Assembly: GCF_019464535.1 (NCBI RefSeq) | Contig: NZ_CP080507.1 | Span: forward strand, 1,020,001-1,052,000 | DNA from: Horticoccus luteus | GTDB lineage: Bacteria > Verrucomicrobiota > Verrucomicrobiia > Opitutales > Opitutaceae | Length of the DNA stretch: 32,000 nt | Direction of reading: 5' to 3' | Shown here: piece after piece, positions 8,326 through 17,355 of the stretch | Numbering within the stretch: position 1 is the first letter of the stretch | How the letters are laid out: every line of letters starts with the position of its first letter | Position numbers and translations under genes: made by a program | The notes under the pieces: generated by a model | The model's input: only the letters and a program-made list of their open reading frames with translations | Databases searched by the model: none | Told to the model about the DNA's origin: nothing

Positions 8326-9132
8326 CTAACTTTGCTGTGCAAGTTCGCGGGAGCGGTCTGCTGCGGCCAGAACGGCGGCGCGAACCGTGGCGCGAAAGTC
8401 ATGCGCTTTGAGTTGCTGCAAGCCCGCGAAGGTGGTGCCGTTCGGCGAGGTGACTTGGTCGCGCAACGTTTCCGGGTCGATTTGTCGGCGCGCGAGTAGG
8501 CGCGCGGCTCCGAGAGTCGTCTCCGCGGCAAATGTGGTGGCTAAGTCTGACGTCAGGCCGGCGGCGACGCCCGCATCGCGGAGCGCCGCGACAAACTCGA
8601 AGAAAAATCCCGGGCCACTGCCACCGAGTGCCGTGATGGCGTCCATTTGCGACTCTTCAACGGCAACGGCGCGTCCCATCGCTTGCAGGAGCCGATCGAT
8701 CAACGTGGCATCGGTGGTGGCAGGAGGACGCAGCGCGCACCATCCGGTCATACCCGCACCGATCGCGGCGGGGGTGTTGGGCATCGCCCGCACCACGTTG
8801 CGAGCGTGCGGGAAAACGCCCGCGAGCCGCTCGAGTCGTTTGCCGGCGAGCACGGAAATTACAAGACGATCACTCGTGAGTTCGGCGAGGCGTGGATCGG
8901 CTCCCGCCAGGTGCTGAGGTTTGAACGCCACCACCAAGGTGTCGGCATCCGCTAAAAGGTCGTCGATGGAGCGGGCGCAACGGATGCCAGTGCGCGCGGC
9001 CAGACGGGCAGCGCTGACGCCTGGGCCCCCGAGGCAAATCAGGTCGGCGGGCGGCACGACTTTGTTTTCCAACAGGCCATCGACCATTGCGCCGGCGAGA
9101 TTTCCGGCGCCGAGGAAAGCGAATCTAGGCAT
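8326..9132 (-). CDS. proC: Pyrroline-5-carboxylate reductase
   Basis: FLGAGNLAGAM dinucleotide fold, RAMPNTPAAIGAGMT, SGPGFFFEF and TSPNGTT motifs. Confidence 0.9.
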   Translation of the reverse strand: MPRFAFLGAGNLAGAMVDGLLENKVVPPADLICLGGPGVSAARLAARTGIRCARSIDDLLADADTLVVAFKPQHLAGADPRLAELTSDRLVISVLAGKRLERLAGVFPHARNVVRAMPNTPAAIGAGMTGWCALRPPATTDATLIDRLLQAMGRAVAVEESQMDAITALGGSGPGFFFEFVAALRDAGVAAGLTSDLATTFAAETTLGAARLLARRQIDPETLRDQVTSPNGTTFAGLQQLKAHDFRATVRAAVLAAADRSRELAQQS

Positions 9133-10258
9133 CTTGAAGTAGTCTCCGGGCTTTGCGCTCGATAGGATGGACGAGAATGGCGCACGCTCCGCCGCCGGAA
9201 TGGTCCACGAGGGAAACGTCGCCGCCGAGCCCCCGCAACGCGTGGCGGGCGATGGTCAATCCCATGCCCACGCCGACGGTGTTTTTGGAACTGATAAACG
9301 GTTCGAACATGTGATCGCGAATCTCCGGATTAAGTCCGCGACCGCGGTCTTCGACAAAAATTTCCACCGCATCCCCCTCGTCGGGTCGGGTGATGCGCTG
9401 CGTCCGCACAGTGATGGGCCGGGTCTGGGTGCTGGGAGCATCGTAGCTTTCCCAAGCGTTGATCAAAACCTTGGCCAAAACTTCTTCAAAAACCTCCGTG
9501 TTCGAATCGATCGTCAAATCACCCAGCGGATTGTCTATCGTGATGGGATTTTCATGACGATAATCCTGACGATAGCGTTGCACGCCGCCGTCGAGGAGCG
9601 CGCGCAAACTGCATTTTCCGAGCGGAGGGCGGGTCTTGATGACGAGCGAGCTGAGTTGTTTGATGATCGTAACGATGCGATGAACGGCCTCTTCGACTTG
9701 CGCAGCGTTGCGCTTCACTTGCTCGGGTTTGTCGTAATACGCTTTGATTAGATCGAGGTAGCCGATAACGACGCCGAGCAGATTGTTTAAGTTGTGAGCA
9801 ATGCCTTGGGTGACCGCGCCGATGGTCGCCGCGCGCCGGGCTTCCGCCAAACGGCGCGTGAGATCGGCCATTTCGCGATTAATGGCGACGAAGCGGAGCT
9901 GCGTCTGCACGCGGGCCATGGTTTCATCGAGATCGATCGGTTTGGTAATGTAGTCGACTGCACCAACGCCGAGGCCTTCCAGCTTACCTTCTTTGGAGCT
10001 GCGCGCGGTGATGAAGATGACAGGGATCGAGCGCGTTTCTTCCGTGCCTTGCAGCCGTTGGCATACTTCGATGCCGTCCATTTCCGGCATCATCACGTCG
10101 AGGAGGATCAAGTCTGGTTTGTGCTCCACCACCTGATCGAGCGCTTCGAGTCCGCTGTAGGCGGTCAGAACTTCGATGCCCTCGCGTTCCAGTTTGCGCT
10201 TCAGCAACTGGACGTTGATCGGTTGGTCATCGACCACCAAAATTTTCGGCGCGGACAT
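9125..10258 (-). CDS. Soluble hybrid histidine kinase with an N-terminal receiver (REC-HisKA-HATPase_c)
   Basis: REC domain (ILVVDDQ...LILLDVMMPEMDG...ITKP), H-box (GIAHNLNNLL), and N/G boxes (EDRGRGL, GVGMGL). No TM or sensor domain. The 3' end overlaps the proC start by 8 nt. Confidence 0.85.
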   Translation of the reverse strand: MSAPKILVVDDQPINVQLLKRKLEREGIEVLTAYSGLEALDQVVEHKPDLILLDVMMPEMDGIEVCQRLQGTEETRSIPVIFITARSSKEGKLEGLGVGAVDYITKPIDLDETMARVQTQLRFVAINREMADLTRRLAEARRAATIGAVTQGIAHNLNNLLGVVIGYLDLIKAYYDKPEQVKRNAAQVEEAVHRIVTIIKQLSSLVIKTRPPLGKCSLRALLDGGVQRYRQDYRHENPITIDNPLGDLTIDSNTEVFEEVLAKVLINAWESYDAPSTQTRPITVRTQRITRPDEGDAVEIFVEDRGRGLNPEIRDHMFEPFISSKNTVGVGMGLTIARHALRGLGGDVSLVDHSGGGACAILVHPIERKARRLLQDA

Positions 10259-10296
10259 GTAACAGGAGCAAAAGGGCTTCCTGCAGAGCGCGCAAG

Positions 10297-11169
10297 CTAG
10301 CGCGCGGAAGCTTTGTAAGCCTTGACCGTGTTTTTCATGAGCAACGCCACGGTCATAGGGCCAACGCCTCCGGGGACGGGAGTGATTTTGCTCGCGATCT
10401 GCGAGACGGACGGGAAATGCACGTCGCCGGTGAGACGATAGCCGTTTTTTTTCGTCGCGTCGGCTACGCGGTTGATGCCGACGTCGATGACGACCGCACC
10501 GGGTTTCACCATGTCGGCGGTGACGAACTCCGCGCGGCCGATCGCGGCGATGAGCACATCGGCGGAACGCGTGATCTCGGGCAGATTGGTCGTGCCCGAG
10601 TGGCAGATCGTCACTGTGGCGTTAGCACCGTTCTTTTTCTGCACGGCGAGAAGCGCGATGGGTTTGCCGACGATCAGTGAGCGCCCGAGGACGACGACGT
10701 GTTTGCCTTTGAGGTCAACGCTGCTGCGTCGGAGCAGTTCCATGATGCCGGCCGGCGTGCACGCAACAAATCCCGACTCATCTTCCTGGGCCACTTTGCC
10801 CAGATTCAAGGTGTTGAAGCCGTCGACGTCTTTCTCGGGTGACACCCGCCGAAACACCGCCAGTTCGTCAATCTGTTTGGGAAGTGGCGACTGGACGAGA
10901 ATGCCGTCGACGGTGGGATCGGCATTGAGGTTATCGAGCAAGGCGAACAACTCGGTCTGCGTGGTCGTGACAGGAGGCAGAATCACGCGGCTTTCGAGGC
11001 CGATCTCCGCGGCGGTTTTCTCCTTCTTCTTCACGTAAGAAATCGAAGCCGGATCCTCGCCGACGCGCACCAAAGCGATACAGGGTCGGCGCCCGGTGAA
11101 TTGCGCGACCTCGGCCTTTAACTCGGCGATGATGTCGGAGGCGATCTTGTTGCCGTCGATGAGCTCCAT
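10297..11169 (-). CDS. folD: Bifunctional methylenetetrahydrofolate dehydrogenase/cyclohydrolase
   Basis: [10 protein letters not shown]..., [26 protein letters not shown] and [13 protein letters not shown] motifs. Start set at M13 of the track ORF. Confidence 0.92.
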   Translation of the reverse strand: MELIDGNKIASDIIAELKAEVAQFTGRRPCIALVRVGEDPASISYVKKKEKTAAEIGLESRVILPPVTTTQTELFALLDNLNADPTVDGILVQSPLPKQIDELAVFRRVSPEKDVDGFNTLNLGKVAQEDESGFVACTPAGIMELLRRSSVDLKGKHVVVLGRSLIVGKPIALLAVQKKNGANATVTICHSGTTNLPEITRSADVLIAAIGRAEFVTADMVKPGAVVIDVGINRVADATKKNGYRLTGDVHFPSVSQIASKITPVPGGVGPMTVALLMKNTVKAYKASAR

Positions 11170-11259
11170 GCGAACAAGGTGGAGCGGACGCGGGAAGTGC
11201 GTCAAACGAAACGACCGGCGGAGATTCGTTTCTGCCCACGCGGGCCGCGAGCGCGTCGG

Positions 11260-12075
11260 TTACTTGAGCTGCAGACTCTCGACGTCGATCACGATGTCTT
11301 TGCCGCCCGGCGTTGGTTTGGCGGTGCCATACACGACGACGGTGTGATCGACGTAGCTCGGAAGTTGTTCAGTCAACAGAAGCTTGGAGGTATTGAGATA
11401 CGCGTAGCGGACGCCGGCATCGTCTTTTAGCTGCCAGTCGTAGGGGCGACGGGGCATAAAGGGCCGCTTCGTGGACTCAAACCGGCCTTGGAAAAAGCGC
11501 GGGAGAGAGGCGGGCGTGTTGTCGTTGAGCGAAACGAGGGGAGCCGCTTGCGCACCGGAACGCGTGCCGTAAGCAGAGGAAGTTACCGGTGCCGGCGACA
11601 TTGGCGCGGAGGCCCCGCTGGCGGGCGAATCTTCGGCGGGCCGTGGTGCAGGCTGGGGAACACCGGCGACGCGGACGTAGCCGGTGAGTTTTTTCGTGAG
11701 CCGAATCTGCGTCCATTTGCCGTGCAAACCGGTGATTTCGGTGCGGTCGTTCTTCTCGATCGTGGCCAGAGTGGGCGAGGCGGAATCAGGCGCGAGGTGC
11801 ACGGCGGTGCCTTCGATCACATCAAGCCCCTTGGTGATATCTTTGTTCATCACGTAGCCTTCGTGTTCGTCGCCGGGGATCTCTACGGCGAGCCAGCCGT
11901 CGGGTGCCGGACCCGCGCGCACGGGTTCGGTGCCGGCTTTGAGCGAGGAGACCACGGGGGAATGATCTTCAGGCTGGAGGTGGACGGCGGTCGTGGCGCT
12001 GAGCGGTGCCGCGGAGGACCACGAGGCGAGAGCGATAGACGCGAACGCGCAAAGAGTGGATTTAGTCTTCATCAT
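11260..12075 (-). CDS. Secreted protein with two SH3b-like repeats, a Pro/Ala/Ser linker and a C-terminal domain of unknown function
   Basis: Signal peptide MMKTKSTLCAFASIALASWSSA. Two similar roughly 55-aa segments (AVHLQPEDHSPVVSSLKAG...GYV and AVHLAPDSASPTLATIEKN...GYVRV). The start overlaps the upstream gene's stop by 14 nt. Confidence 0.6.
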   Translation of the reverse strand: MMKTKSTLCAFASIALASWSSAAPLSATTAVHLQPEDHSPVVSSLKAGTEPVRAGPAPDGWLAVEIPGDEHEGYVMNKDITKGLDVIEGTAVHLAPDSASPTLATIEKNDRTEITGLHGKWTQIRLTKKLTGYVRVAGVPQPAPRPAEDSPASGASAPMSPAPVTSSAYGTRSGAQAAPLVSLNDNTPASLPRFFQGRFESTKRPFMPRRPYDWQLKDDAGVRYAYLNTSKLLLTEQLPSYVDHTVVVYGTAKPTPGGKDIVIDVESLQLK

Positions 12076-12847
12076 GATCGGAGGCGGTGGTGGCCGGGAC
12101 GTGGCGACGGGGCGTGTGGAACAGCGATTCGATTTCTTTGGTGGAAAGTTTCTTCATCGCCCGCAGGGGAATCCCTTTCAGGCGGAATGACCCGATTTGG
12201 TAGCGCCGCAGGCGTTTTACGTCGAAACGCAACGCGAGGAAAAGTTGCCGGATTTCACGCTTTTTGCCGTGGTGCATCCAGACATCGAGGTTGGTGGACG
12301 TTTTGTCGGGACTCGGATTTACGAGGGCGGCGTGTTCGACCTTCAACCGTTCGCCTTCGATCACCATGCCGCGGATCAGCAATGGGATACGGGTGAAGGG
12401 GAACGGGTCCTTCAAAATAACGTGGTAGCGTTTGACCACGGTATTGGAGGGGTGCATGAGCCGGTTGGCGAGATCGCCGTCGGTCGTGAGAATGAGCAGA
12501 CCTTCGCTGTCGAGGTCGAGGCGGCCGGCGCAGAAAAAGCGGTAGCGGGCGAGTTCGCGCGGAAGCAGGTCAAAGACCGTGCCCGAGTGATGAGGGTCGT
12601 CGTTGGAGCAAACGAGGCCGCGAGGCTTGTGCATGGCCAGGGTGATGCGCGGTTGAGCCTGGGCGCGGACCGGTTTTCCGCTGACGGTGACTTTGTCGAG
12701 TCCGGGAACGATCTTTTGCCCCAAGGTGGCGGGCTGGCCATTGACCCAGACTTCTTTCTGCGCGATCAGCACTTCCGCCGCGCGGCGCGAGCACACGCCG
12801 GCATCGGCGAGAAACTTTTGCACACGCAGGGCGGACGGATCAGTCAT
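12062..12847 (-). CDS. RsuA/RluB-family 16S/23S rRNA pseudouridine synthase with an N-terminal S4 domain
   Basis: S4 motif (LRVQKFLADAGVCSRRAAEVLI...V.VNG) and catalytic GRLDLDSEGLLILTTDG. Start set at M13 (MTDPSAL). Confidence 0.85.
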   Translation of the reverse strand: MTDPSALRVQKFLADAGVCSRRAAEVLIAQKEVWVNGQPATLGQKIVPGLDKVTVSGKPVRAQAQPRITLAMHKPRGLVCSNDDPHHSGTVFDLLPRELARYRFFCAGRLDLDSEGLLILTTDGDLANRLMHPSNTVVKRYHVILKDPFPFTRIPLLIRGMVIEGERLKVEHAALVNPSPDKTSTNLDVWMHHGKKREIRQLFLALRFDVKRLRRYQIGSFRLKGIPLRAMKKLSTKEIESLFHTPRRHVPATTASDHDED

Positions 12848-12945
12848 GCCGCGCAGTTGGCGGCAATTCTTATGACGAGGCAAGCCACGAGCCCGCTAAA
12901 GTATATCTTGCGAAGGCGGGAGCGTGGGGCTTTTTCGATTCGGCC

Positions 12946-14109
12946 ATGTCTGACGCCGATTCCTCCGCTCAATTTTCCAAGGATAATCCTTTCGCCGCCC
13001 GGTTGGTGGAAAATCGCTTATTGTCAAAGCCCGGGTCTGCGAAGGAGACGCGGCACGTGGTGGTGGATATCGCGGCCAGCGGACTTACCTACAAAGCGGG
13101 TGATTCACTAGGCGTGTTTCCCACGAACCGGCCCGGCGATGTGGCGGAGATTCTAACGCGTCTTGGTGCGACGGGCGAGGAGGCGGTCGTGCTGCCGAGG
13201 AGTGCGGGCCCGCTCCGCTTCGATGAAGCGTTGCGGAGCAAACTCGCTCTCGCGCGGCCCACCCGGAAGCTGTTGGAGCTGCTTGCCGCCAAGACCGCTT
13301 CGACCGATGAACGCGAGCGGCTCGCCGCGATGCTCGCCCCCGAAGGCAAGGATCTCTGCGCAGGGTATCTGGAGCAGCGTGAGTTTATCGACGTTTTGCA
13401 GGAGTTTGCCGGAGCCGAAGTCTCGCCCCAGGAATTGGTCGATCACATGCGCCGGTTGATGCCGCGTCTCTATTCGATCGCCTCGGCGCCGCAGCGGCAC
13501 CCAACAGAAGTTCATCTGACGGTGGCGGTGGTGCGCTACGAAATGAACCATCGGGAGCGTGTGGGGGTGTGTTCCACGTTTCTCGCCGACCGGGCGGTCT
13601 CCGGACAACCGGTCGTGCCGGTGTTCGTGTCGCATTCGCATTTCGGTCCGCCGGCCAATGGGGCGACCGACGTCATCATGGTGGGTCCGGGAACAGGCAT
13701 CGCGCCGTTTCGCGCCTTCATCCAGGAGCGCGTCGCGACAGGGGCGACGGGACGCAGTTGGTTGTTTTTTGGCGATCAACACCGGGCGGTTGACTTTCTC
13801 TATGAAGACGAGTGGTCGGACTATCTCGCGAAAGGGCAGCTTACGCGGCTCGACACGGCATTCTCTCGGGATCAGTTGCTGAAAGTTTATGTGCAGGACC
13901 GGATGAGGGAAAACGCCGCGGAACTCTGGCGCTGGATCAGCAATGGCGCGCATTTCTACGTCTGCGGTGATGCGACGCGGATGGCGAAGGATGTCGACCA
14001 AGCGCTGCATGATGTGATCGCGGAGCAAGGCCACATGGAGATCGCGGCCGCCGGCGATTACGTGAAGCAGATGAAAAAGGAAAAACGTTACCAGCGAGAC
14101 GTGTATTGA
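12946..14109 (+). CDS. CysJ/diflavin-reductase-type FAD/NADPH (FNR-like) module, stand-alone with no flavodoxin domain
   Basis: NPF..A.L..N..L, RHVVVDI, YKAGDSLGVFP, RLYSIAS, GVCS.FL, MVGPGTGIAPFRAF, FFG.Q, YVQD and FYVCGD...M, ending in RYQRDVY. This is the C-terminal CysJ architecture only. Confidence 0.85.
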   Translation: MSDADSSAQFSKDNPFAARLVENRLLSKPGSAKETRHVVVDIAASGLTYKAGDSLGVFPTNRPGDVAEILTRLGATGEEAVVLPRSAGPLRFDEALRSKLALARPTRKLLELLAAKTASTDERERLAAMLAPEGKDLCAGYLEQREFIDVLQEFAGAEVSPQELVDHMRRLMPRLYSIASAPQRHPTEVHLTVAVVRYEMNHRERVGVCSTFLADRAVSGQPVVPVFVSHSHFGPPANGATDVIMVGPGTGIAPFRAFIQERVATGATGRSWLFFGDQHRAVDFLYEDEWSDYLAKGQLTRLDTAFSRDQLLKVYVQDRMRENAAELWRWISNGAHFYVCGDATRMAKDVDQALHDVIAEQGHMEIAAAGDYVKQMKKEKRYQRDVY

Positions 14110-14204
14110 GGAGCGACGCGGCGCGCGGGCGGGCGCGTGGCCGCGCACACCAGTGAATTTTCGACTCGCTACGCCGTAGAGGCTGCCCGCTACTTTTCGC
14201 TCGC

Positions 14205-14954
14205 ATGCTCACGTTTACCAATCGCACTGCACTCGTCACCGGCGCCGGCCGGGGGATCGGAAAAGCCATCGCGGAAATGCTCGCGCGGCACGGCGTCACC
14301 GTCATCTGCGTTTCGAAATCGGCCGATTCCTGTGGAGCGGTCGCCAGCGGAATCATAGCGGCTGGCGGGAAGGCGAAAGCGGTGGCCGTGGATGTCGCCG
14401 ATGGCGCGGCAGTCGCCAAAGCCGCGGAAGAACTTTTGAAGGAGTTTCCCGCGATCGATATTCTGGTGAATAACGCCGGTATCACGCGCGACGGGCTGCT
14501 GTTTCGGATGAGTGAGACTGATTGGAACGACGTGCTGGCGACGAACCTTTCCAGCTGCTTTCATTGGACCAAGCATCTGGCGCGGCCCATGACGCGTGCG
14601 CGGTGGGGCCGCATCGTAAACATCACCTCGGTCAGCGGGATCATGGGAAATGCCGGGCAGGCGAACTATTCCGCGGCGAAGGCCGGCATGATCGGGCTCA
14701 CGAAAACCTTGGCGCGAGAATTCGCCTCCCGAAGCATCACGGTAAATGCGGTCGCCCCGGGTTTCATCAAGACCGATATGACGACGGAATTCGTCAACAG
14801 CCCCGACATTGCGGGCAAGGTGTTGGAAACCGTGCCGCTCAAGCGATTTGGCGAGGCGGCGGACATCGCAAACATGACGGCGTATCTCTGCTCGGAAGAG
14901 GCCGGCTACATCACGGGGCAGGTTTTTACGGTTGACGGCGGCATGGCGATGTGA
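14205..14954 (+). CDS. fabG: 3-oxoacyl-ACP reductase
   Basis: [20 protein letters not shown] and [15 protein letters not shown] motifs, with a QVF.VDGGM.M C-terminus. Immediately upstream of acpP. Confidence 0.92.
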   Translation: MLTFTNRTALVTGAGRGIGKAIAEMLARHGVTVICVSKSADSCGAVASGIIAAGGKAKAVAVDVADGAAVAKAAEELLKEFPAIDILVNNAGITRDGLLFRMSETDWNDVLATNLSSCFHWTKHLARPMTRARWGRIVNITSVSGIMGNAGQANYSAAKAGMIGLTKTLAREFASRSITVNAVAPGFIKTDMTTEFVNSPDIAGKVLETVPLKRFGEAADIANMTAYLCSEEAGYITGQVFTVDGGMAM

Positions 14955-14980
14955 ACCCTCAACCCTCAAGAATTTCATCC

Positions 14981-15244
14981 ATGGCAGAGCAAAAAACCAT
15001 CGAACAGCGCGTTAAGGAAATTATCGTTAACCAGTTGAACGTTAACGAGGAGCAAATCACTCCGAATGCCTCCTTCCTCGACGATCTCGGCGCTGATTCG
15101 CTCGACACCGTCGAGCTCATCATGGCCTTCGAAGAAGAATTCAAGGACGAGATCAAGGGCGAGATTCCCGAGACCGACGCCGAGAAACTTCAGACCGTCG
15201 GCCAAGTGGTCGACTACATCAAGAACAAGGCCGCCGCGAAGTAA
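14981..15244 (+). CDS. acpP: Acyl carrier protein
   Basis: [19 protein letters not shown]... with [20 protein letters not shown] (phosphopantetheine Ser in DSLD). Start set at M11 of the track ORF. Confidence 0.95.
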   Translation: MAEQKTIEQRVKEIIVNQLNVNEEQITPNASFLDDLGADSLDTVELIMAFEEEFKDEIKGEIPETDAEKLQTVGQVVDYIKNKAAAK

Positions 15245-15262
15245 GCGGATCGCTCATACGCT

Positions 15263-15316
15263 GGCGTCTTACCGGCTTCCCTTGCGGGAGCGCACGGTAG
15301 GACGCCTTTTTGTTTT
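15263..15316 (+). terminator. Strong hairpin plus T-tract between acpP and fabF (terminator/attenuator)
   Basis: 12-bp stem ggcgtcttaccg (15263-15274) / cggtaggacgcc (15295-15306, one G-U pair), followed by TTTTTGTTTT. Confidence 0.7.
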
Positions 15317-15333
15317 CAACCTTTCTCGCCCGC

Positions 15334-16587
15334 ATGGATTCAGGAAAATCCCAGGAACGTCGCATCGTTATTACCGGCCTTGGTGTCGTGGCCTCCATCG
15401 GCCACGATGTGAATGCCTTTTGGGCGAGCCTGATCGCAGGGCGTTCAGGCGTTGATCGCGTGACGCATTTTGACTGCACCCAATTCGCTTCGCAGATCGG
15501 GGCGGAGGTGCGTGATTGGGAGGCGGCGGCGCATATGGATCCTAAAGAAGCGCGGCGCAACGATCGCTACACGCAGTTTGCCTACGTGGCGGCTCGCCAA
15601 GCGGTGCGCGATGCCGCACTGGAGATGGCGAAGGAAGACGGCGACCGCGTCGGTGTGATCATCGGCTCGGGCATCGGAGGCATGCAGACGATCGAAACGC
15701 AGCACGACATTTTGCGCGAACGGGGACCGCGGAAGGTCTCACCGTTCATGATCCCGGCGTTGATCAGCAACATGGCGGGAGGGTTGGTTGCGATGGATCT
15801 GGGCGCCCGCGGTCCGAATTTCGGGGTGGTATCCGCTTGTGCGACGAGCACACACGCCATCGGCGAGGCGTTCAATGCGTTGCGCCGGGGCGATGCCGAC
15901 GTGATGGTGGCGGGGGGGAGCGAAGCGGCCATTACGCCTTTGGCGTATGCGGGTTTTTGTTCGATGAAAGCGATGAGCACGCGCAACGGGGAGCCGAAGA
16001 GAGCGTCCCGGCCGTTCGACCTCAATCGCGACGGGTTCGTCATGGGCGAGGGTTCGGGTATCGTCGTGCTGGAGACGCTCGAGCATGCGCAGGCTCGCGG
16101 AGCCCGCATCTATTGTGAGCTGGCCGGCTACGCGGCGACCTGTGATGCTTTTCACATCACCCAGCCTGATCCGGAAGGGAAGGGGCTCTCGTTGGCGATG
16201 CGGCGCGCGCTGGATACAGCGCAGTTACGCCCGGAAGAGATCGATTATATCAATGCCCACGGCACTTCGACGCCCTACAACGACAAGTTTGAGACCCTCG
16301 CGATCAAAAAGGTCTTTGGTGAACATGCCCGGCGGCTCGCCATCAGTTCGACCAAGTCGATGACGGGGCACCTGCTCGGAGCGGCGGGCGCGATCGAATG
16401 CGTAGTCTCTGTAAAGACGATCGAGCAAGGGATCGTTCCGCCGACGATCAATCTGGAAACGTCAGATCCCGACTGCGACTTGGATTACGTGCCCCACGCG
16501 AGTCGCGCGATGCGAGTGCGCACGGTCCTGAGCAACAATCTCGGTTTCGGCGGCCAGAACGCTGCCTTGGTCTTGCGAGCCCTTTAA
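15334..16587 (+). CDS. fabF: Beta-ketoacyl-ACP synthase II
   Basis: RRIVITGLGVV, ACATSTHAIG (active-site Cys), NAHGTSTP and GHLLGAAG motifs, with an N.LGFGGQNA C-terminus. The ATG at 15334 is preferred over the TTG at 15310. Confidence 0.93.
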   Translation: MDSGKSQERRIVITGLGVVASIGHDVNAFWASLIAGRSGVDRVTHFDCTQFASQIGAEVRDWEAAAHMDPKEARRNDRYTQFAYVAARQAVRDAALEMAKEDGDRVGVIIGSGIGGMQTIETQHDILRERGPRKVSPFMIPALISNMAGGLVAMDLGARGPNFGVVSACATSTHAIGEAFNALRRGDADVMVAGGSEAAITPLAYAGFCSMKAMSTRNGEPKRASRPFDLNRDGFVMGEGSGIVVLETLEHAQARGARIYCELAGYAATCDAFHITQPDPEGKGLSLAMRRALDTAQLRPEEIDYINAHGTSTPYNDKFETLAIKKVFGEHARRLAISSTKSMTGHLLGAAGAIECVVSVKTIEQGIVPPTINLETSDPDCDLDYVPHASRAMRVRTVLSNNLGFGGQNAALVLRAL

Positions 16588-16732
16588 AGCGGCGCGGATG
16601 CCGACAGAAATCGGGTTCGCCGAAGGATTAGAGTGCTCTACGCGGAAAAGCGTGCGCCTTCTACGTGCCTCAGGGCTGGCACGAACGAACCGAAAGCTCG
16701 TGCGCGCTCAGAGCGGCTTGGAGCCCGGGTAG

Positions 16733-16770
16733 CAAAAAGCCCCGGTCGCGCACGACGCGCATACCGGGGC
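16733..16770 (-). terminator. Rho-independent terminator of rpmB
   Basis: On the - strand, gccccggt...accggggc (8 bp outer stem plus inner GC stem) followed by TTTTT. Lies 22 nt downstream of the rpmB stop. Confidence 0.75.
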
Positions 16771-16791
16771 GAAAAACCTTGGGCTAACGCG

Positions 16792-17022
16792 TCAGGCTTT
16801 TTCGATGAGGCCGGCCTTGATGGCCTTCACCGAAACCCAGATGCGTTTGGTGCCGCCATTGGCGGTCTTCACGCGCACGCGCTGAAGATTGGGGCGAAAC
16901 TTGCGCTTCGTGATGCTCGTGACGTGGGTGCCGATGCCGCCGCTCTTCTTCGACTGACCCTTACGGTTGATGCGGTTGCCTTTGACGGGACCTTTTCCGG
17001 TGATTGCGCAGATTCTAGCCAT
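16792..17022 (-). CDS. rpmB: 50S ribosomal protein L28
   Basis: MARICAITGKGPVKGNRINRKGQSKKSGGIGTHVTSITKRKFRPNLQRVRV... (76 aa). Only the C-terminal part of the 297-aa track ORF is the gene. Confidence 0.93.
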   Translation of the reverse strand: MARICAITGKGPVKGNRINRKGQSKKSGGIGTHVTSITKRKFRPNLQRVRVKTANGGTKRIWVSVKAIKAGLIEKA

Positions 17023-17355
17023 GGTGATTGCGATTTGATTAAAGGGTCGAGCGTAGAAGCCGCCGCTCCAGTGATGCAAGGGGAAATGTTCTCGATCACG
17101 CCGGCCCGCGGCACGCTTTTTCTCGCTCGCGCGTGATGGCACCGAAAACGCTCGCTGCGAAGCGAAAAGCGACCGCTTTGCTCGCCGCGCGGACGGATGG
17201 CGCCTGCTAGTGAGGCCGGACAAATAGGACACGCGGGGACTGAATCGGCGGCGAGGCGGGCAGGCAGAAAGCGGGGAAGTCCGCTCTTCCAAATTAGGGA
17301 GCGGAAACGAGGAAATCGGTGGCGCTCGCATGTTCGATGGCGTCAGATAGGGTCC

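Noticed and set aside
14110-14204. GC-rich imperfect palindrome (cgcggc...gccgcg) after the FNR-like gene, considered as a terminator.
   Set aside because: The stem is short and no adjacent T-tract follows, so a terminator call cannot be supported from sequence alone.
16633-17136. 167-aa + strand ORF.
   Set aside because: It overlaps rpmB and its terminator in antisense, and it has an Ala/Arg-rich composition with no motifs.
17023-17355. A 330-nt intergenic region, similar in size to RNase P RNA, containing ggggaagtccgc.
   Set aside because: The universally conserved RNase P blocks (GAGGAAAGUCCGGGC, ACAGAA.CCGGCUUA) are absent. It is more simply a divergent promoter region between rpmB and the dehydrogenase gene.
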